Positions 48,773 to 52,173 of a DNA stretch of 52,173 nt are shown piece by piece. Both the position numbers and the translations under genes were made by a program. The stretch's first letter is position 1, and every line of letters starts with the position of its first letter. The stretch is from Acidobacteriota bacterium (GTDB lineage Bacteria; Acidobacteriota; Blastocatellia; Pyrinomonadales; Pyrinomonadaceae), in assembly GCA_003223975.1 (NCBI GenBank), contig QHXS01000043.1, positions 1 through 52,173 on the forward strand. The letters run 5' to 3'. The notes beneath the pieces are model-generated. The model was not told where the DNA came from. It did no database searches and worked only from the letters and a program-made list of their open reading frames with translations.

Positions 48773-50334
48773 ACAAATTGCTCCAAATTGGCCAGAATTA
48801 ATGTATCCTTCGCCCTGGTTTCAATGACGTACTGGAGGTTCATCTCCTGCTCCATGAGCCAGGGCTGTTCCAGTTCCACATTGCGAGCCCACTTCGAGGG
48901 GATGCGCCAGGGATCAAGGTGGAGCACGCAATGCCACTCCAAGCCCTTTGCTTTGTGCCCGGTGGACAGGGTGATCTGGCCGTTAGCTGCCTCGAAGAGC
49001 TGCTCAAGACAGGAGATGATGTGGCGGACTGTTGTGATATCACCACTGGACTCAATCACAGCCATGATGGACTCGTACTGATCTTCTACGCGATTTCCCT
49101 TCTCTGGCTTGTCCGCTGCGTTGGCTAACCGCATCTCCTTCTCTTTCCAGGAGGTGAAAGCAGGAACAAACTCATCCACACCAAGGATCTTCGTTCCAGC
49201 GATCTTCTTGACTAGCGTAGTGAGGGACTTGCCGAAATCCCTGCCGAGGACTTTGATCCCAATCCGCTTGCGGATAAGAGAGAAGGCAAGGCTAATAAGA
49301 GGGGCGTTGTTGCGGCAGAGGATAGCGTTGGGCATCACGCTCTCAGCGGCCGATGGCAGGGTCCATTGCTTCTGATCACGCCAGTCGAGGAGGCGCCCAT
49401 CTGGGGCCTCGGGCGCCGCAGTGTATTGAGGGGCATGGCCTAATTGCCTCGCCACTACCACCTTTGGACACCGCCAGGTGACGGTAAGAGGGAGATCAAT
49501 CCAGTCCGGCTTCAGTTCTTTGATCTTCCGCATAGAACTGCTATCTGCTCCTCGGAATGCATAGATGCCCTGCTTCTGATCGCCAGCGATGATAAGGCGC
49601 TGCCCGCAGGACTTCATGAGCTGAAGCCTGTTAAGGTGGCTGATATCCTGGCTTTCATCGCAGATAACAGTGTGAAATTTCTGGTAGAGGCCAGAGAAGA
49701 GGCACGACATGTAGATCTGGTCATCAAAGTCGATCGTCCCTGCCAGCGCAAGATCAATAGCCTCACACAAAATCTGCCGAGCGCCCACCATGAGAGCTTC
49801 TGTAAGGTCGATGTTAAGGGCGTCAGCTGCGCTCTCCCATCCCCAAGAGTCATCAGGCAGTAGGCTGCGCCGGGCCTGCGGATAGCGGGCAGGAACCAGT
49901 CCCAGCATCTTGGCTCGCTTGACGAGATTGGAAAGGTTCCCCCACTCGTCGTCAGAAACCCCACCAAGCTTTTTGGTGTATGCAGTTGTGAGGCGGGCGA
50001 TTTTTCTGTCATCTAGGATTAGCCTTCGGCCAGTTGCGGAAGCGAATGCCCTGTGGCCGAGAGCATTGAAGCTCTTCACGACGACCCAGGGGGCGAGAGG
50101 AGGCAGCTCTTTGTTCTCTCCTCGAGGTTCTATAAAGACCTTCTCAAGGTCCAAGCAGTTCTTCTTGTTGAAGGCGAGAAGGAGAATAGACTTCGTGGGA
50201 AGGTGAGGGACTAGGAGTTCTATTGCTGTGGTCTTGCCAGTGCCGGCCAGGGCGAAGATCATGAGATTAGCATCGCTGCTTCGCGCTGCGTCCATGATGG
50301 CGAGCTGTTCAACAGTTGGTGGAAAGTGTGTCAT
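48769..50334 (-). CDS. UvrD/Rep-like superfamily-1 helicase (521 aa)
   Basis: Motif I FALAGTGKTT, motif II VICDESQDIS, motif III IIAGDQKQGIYAFRGA and motif VI LSTGHKAKGLEW are present. Confidence 0.85.
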   Translation of the reverse strand: MTHFPPTVEQLAIMDAARSSDANLMIFALAGTGKTTAIELLVPHLPTKSILLLAFNKKNCLDLEKVFIEPRGENKELPPLAPWVVVKSFNALGHRAFASATGRRLILDDRKIARLTTAYTKKLGGVSDDEWGNLSNLVKRAKMLGLVPARYPQARRSLLPDDSWGWESAADALNIDLTEALMVGARQILCEAIDLALAGTIDFDDQIYMSCLFSGLYQKFHTVICDESQDISHLNRLQLMKSCGQRLIIAGDQKQGIYAFRGADSSSMRKIKELKPDWIDLPLTVTWRCPKVVVARQLGHAPQYTAAPEAPDGRLLDWRDQKQWTLPSAAESVMPNAILCRNNAPLISLAFSLIRKRIGIKVLGRDFGKSLTTLVKKIAGTKILGVDEFVPAFTSWKEKEMRLANAADKPEKGNRVEDQYESIMAVIESSGDITTVRHIISCLEQLFEAANGQITLSTGHKAKGLEWHCVLHLDPWRIPSKWARNVELEQPWLMEQEMNLQYVIETRAKDTLILANLEQFV

Positions 50335-50387
50335 TGTAGTTCTCCGGAGGCCGGCGGGATTGCCGGCTCATTGATGTTCAGTTGCTG

Positions 50388-50699
50388 CTAGTCAATCCTA
50401 GCGATCTCGAATGAGCCATCCTTCTGCATGATCCCCACCCAGGAGGACTCGTAGAAGAGGATGGTTTCGTCACGTAGCTGGGCACGAGCCAGGGGCCGCA
50501 TAGTAGGGTCTCCCGGATACTTCAAAGAGAAGGTCTGAGGGTTGAACTTAAAGCCAGTGAATGGATCCCATCCTCCTCCATGCTGATAGTTATCATGGAT
50601 CTGCTTCCAGGCTGGACGAGGGTCAGCTTCGCTCAGCCAGCCTGGAAGGAACCCTAACCACTCGGGCGTCATTTGAGGGTGTAGGATGTGCCAGTTCAT
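50388..50699 (-). CDS. Hypothetical protein (103 aa)
   Basis: It has an ATGA overlap with the upstream ORF. Confidence 0.55.
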   Translation of the reverse strand: MNWHILHPQMTPEWLGFLPGWLSEADPRPAWKQIHDNYQHGGGWDPFTGFKFNPQTFSLKYPGDPTMRPLARAQLRDETILFYESSWVGIMQKDGSFEIARID

Positions 50700-50854
50700 T
50701 TCTTCGCTCGCTTCTTGGCTCGCTTCTTAGAGGCGGGCTTCTTGCCCGCCTCCTTAAAGCCGTCAGTGGCGTAGTAAAGCGCCACCTGCTTCTTGGTGTA
50801 AGTCTTGCCCGAAGGCGACTTGAACTTGCCGCCACTAACTTTCTGGAATGGCAT
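50696..50854 (-). CDS. Small lysine-rich basic protein (52 aa)
   Basis: Start trimmed to MPFQKVSGGKF after GGAAGGAGACAGTG. It ends KKPASKKRAKKRAKK. Confidence 0.45.
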   Translation of the reverse strand: MPFQKVSGGKFKSPSGKTYTKKQVALYYATDGFKEAGKKPASKKRAKKRAKK

Positions 50855-51182
50855 CACTGTCTCCTTCCTCTTCAAGAGGCGAAGCCTCCTCCTCATCTCC
50901 AAGTTCCACCTCCACGCGGGGGTAGCCTGAAGAGCTGAAAGTAAGGTGAGCTTCGGGAGTCCCCTCCAGGTCGAAAACGGGAGCCCAGTCGCTCGCATGT
51001 TCTCTCGCGATGTAGCCAAGCAAAGTGCCGTCGAGAGTGAAGACCTGGATTGCGTTCTCATCGTAGGCGTTCTCCGGCTCTCGGACTAGAGTCAAGGGGT
51101 CTCCAAAGCCGAGGGTGAGAAGTTTCTCGCTTGCGCCCTCGTGGTGGCGCATCCCGACGAGGGGTGCTGTGATAGTGGTCAT
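50835..51182 (-). CDS. HIRAN-domain protein (115 aa)
   Basis: APLVGMRHHEG...GDPLTLVREPENAYDENAIQVFTLDGTLLGYIAREHA matches the HIRAN pattern (VG..y.G...L.REP.N.YD.NAI.V....G..lGYi). Confidence 0.7.
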   Translation of the reverse strand: MTTITAPLVGMRHHEGASEKLLTLGFGDPLTLVREPENAYDENAIQVFTLDGTLLGYIAREHASDWAPVFDLEGTPEAHLTFSSSGYPRVEVELGDEEEASPLEEEGDSDAIPES

Positions 51183-51352
51183 TGTGGTAGCTCCTCTCCG
51201 GTGAGTTCAAGATAAACTACTTCCAACATCAGGCGGTCATTCTTGTCCTCGATCCCCTCTAAGAGATCGCGAATGACAGATGGTGGTGCGAACTGCAAGA
51301 GCCATTGCTTCACATGCGCCCGCTGGACCATACGAACGTTAGAGTCGGCCAT
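51179..51352 (-). CDS. Small ORF (57 aa), below the track cutoff
   Basis: MADSNVRMVQRAHVKQWLLQFAPPSVIRDLLEGIEDKNDRLMLEVVYLELTGEELPQ. It has TGATG and ATGA overlaps with both neighbours. Confidence 0.4.
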   Translation of the reverse strand: MADSNVRMVQRAHVKQWLLQFAPPSVIRDLLEGIEDKNDRLMLEVVYLELTGEELPQ

Positions 51353-51585
51353 CACGCGGCCTCCGCAGAAGCATCACTGTGAGCCCGCGTGACTGAGTTG
51401 ATGGCGTCAGCGAGATCCTGCGTATATCCCAGGTCATTAAAGAAGATGACTATGGGGGCGTCGATGCCAGTGGTGCTGAGATTCAGGGTCGCACCAAAGC
51501 CCTCGCCGAGATCGAAGGAGCGGGCGAGGAGCTTGTGCTCGCGAAAATGAAAAGAGTGGGTAGATGCGATGAGTGTGGTCATCAT
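51352..51585 (-). CDS. Hypothetical protein (77 aa)
   Basis: The RBS is GAGGAGG, with an ATGA overlap upstream. Confidence 0.5.
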   Translation of the reverse strand: MMTTLIASTHSFHFREHKLLARSFDLGEGFGATLNLSTTGIDAPIVIFFNDLGYTQDLADAINSVTRAHSDASAEAA

Positions 51586-51830
51586 TCGGCCTCCTCTTCA
51601 AGCGCCCGCACCAGGTCACGAAGCCATTCGGCCTCGTTCGCGCCGTGTTTGCGAAGATGCACAAGCATAGCTGCTCGATGGTTGTGATACTTGTGATAGG
51701 CTAGGGGGTTGTGGGTAGACCAGCCGGGGGTGCAATGCGCCCGCCAGGTGGCTACTGCAAGATCAAACTGCTCCCAAGCAGAAGTTCCCGGGCCGGTTGG
51801 ATCTGTGAACTTCGGACGAGTAATGGGCAT
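51582..51830 (-). CDS. Hypothetical protein (82 aa), first gene after the promoter at 51867
   Basis: Start trimmed to MPITRPKF, 9 nt after GGAG. The track start at 51878 lies upstream of the predicted TSS. Confidence 0.5.
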   Translation of the reverse strand: MPITRPKFTDPTGPGTSAWEQFDLAVATWRAHCTPGWSTHNPLAYHKYHNHRAAMLVHLRKHGANEAEWLRDLVRALEEEAE

Positions 51831-51866
51831 GTGGTGAGTCTCCATGCGGAGTTGTTCCGCATGGTC

Positions 51867-51911
51867 ATAATGACACACCCATGGACAGTTGTCAATGGAA
51901 TTGTATAGGGG
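51867..51911 (-). promoter_or_regulatory. Early promoter cassette: CTATACAAT element, then TTGACA-N17-CATTAT (TGT extended -10)
   Basis: Minus strand reads CCCCTATACAATTCCATTGACAACTGTCCATGGGTGTGTCATTAT. It is the best match to consensus among the family members. Confidence 0.65.
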
Positions 51912-51927
51912 CGCAAAGCGCCCCTAT
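51905..51927 (-). terminator. Perfect 10-bp GC-rich hairpin 17 nt after the tailspike stop
   Basis: ataggggcgc aaa gcgcccctat. It overlaps the upstream element of the next promoter and has no clean U-tract. Confidence 0.5.
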
Positions 51928-51943
51928 GGCGCGTCAATGCTAG

Positions 51944-52173
51944 TTAAAGGGTTCCGTAGGCGGCGAGATACCAGGCGGTGCCGTTGTAGGTCACATCACA
52001 CCAGCTATTTGTGATGAGGGGCTTCAAAGGACCTGTTCCGACGTTGAGAACTCCGGCGCCACTGCCAGTGCGGGTGATCTTAAAGGTAGCGCCTTTGGTA
52101 GCGGGAACATTAAGGCCGAGAGCGACACTGCCACTGGCGATTGCGGCACTGTAGAGGATTTGCTGTGGATCTA
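51944..52173 (-). CDS. 3' end of the tailspike gene. Codons at 51944-51994 are unique; 51995-52173 duplicates 1-179.
   Basis: Reading across the junction gives ...LITNSWCD|VTYNGTAWYLAAYGTL* with TAA at comp 51944-51946. The total of 3369+51 = 3420 nt is divisible by 3. Confidence 0.8.
   Translation of the reverse strand, partial: DPQQILYSAAIASGSVALGLNVPATKGATFKITRTGSGAGVLNVGTGPLKPLITNSWCDVTYNGTAWYLAAYGTL
51995..52173. repeat. Right copy of the exact 179-bp terminal direct repeat
   Basis: Identical to 1-179. Confidence 0.95.

Noticed and set aside
1-52173. Lysogeny module (integrase, excisionase, CI/Cro-type repressor pair, attP)
   Set aside because: No tyrosine or serine recombinase motifs were recognised in any ORF. 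The only small DNA-binding candidate is the RHH protein. The genome is treated as virulent, with the caveat that many small ORFs are unassigned.

Overview
The window is one complete, circularly closing dsDNA phage genome. The last 179 bp (51995-52173) exactly repeat 1-179, so the unit length is 51,994 bp. Gene content is podovirus-like and apparently virulent: I found no integrase, tape measure, sheath, single-subunit RNAP or tRNA.

A plus-strand late arm (10.5-36.1 kb) carries a TerS candidate, TerL, portal, scaffold, major capsid, adaptor and tail proteins, a tail-collar protein and four giant internal or ejection proteins.

A minus-strand arm runs from 36.1 kb to 52.0 kb and continues across the junction to 10.1 kb. 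It encodes:
- a family-A DNA polymerase split into a UDG/exonuclease gene and a polymerase gene;
- an HNH endonuclease and a ParB-methyltransferase;
- a DUF669 / AAA-ATPase / Cas4-like nuclease module;
- a UvrD-like helicase and a HIRAN protein;
- a dNMP-kinase-like protein, a GNAT and many small translationally coupled ORFs.

A 1,139-aa tailspike gene spans the junction on the minus strand. The ORF track misses it because it is cut by the window edge.

Main hunt results:
1. Three or four unrelated small early proteins end in the same extreme C-terminal tail, (L/I)SLADLGL, which resembles a beta-clamp-binding peptide.
2. A family of near-identical sigma70-type early promoter cassettes.
3. A 29-bp palindrome present in four copies.
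4. Several families of conserved intergenic hairpins and motifs.
5. A kinase-like domain inside a virion protein likely to be ejected.
6. A hairpin-bracketed module of three paralogous Pro/Gly-rich proteins between TerS and TerL.

All coordinates and motif calls come from manual reading. Family names are pattern recognition, not searches.
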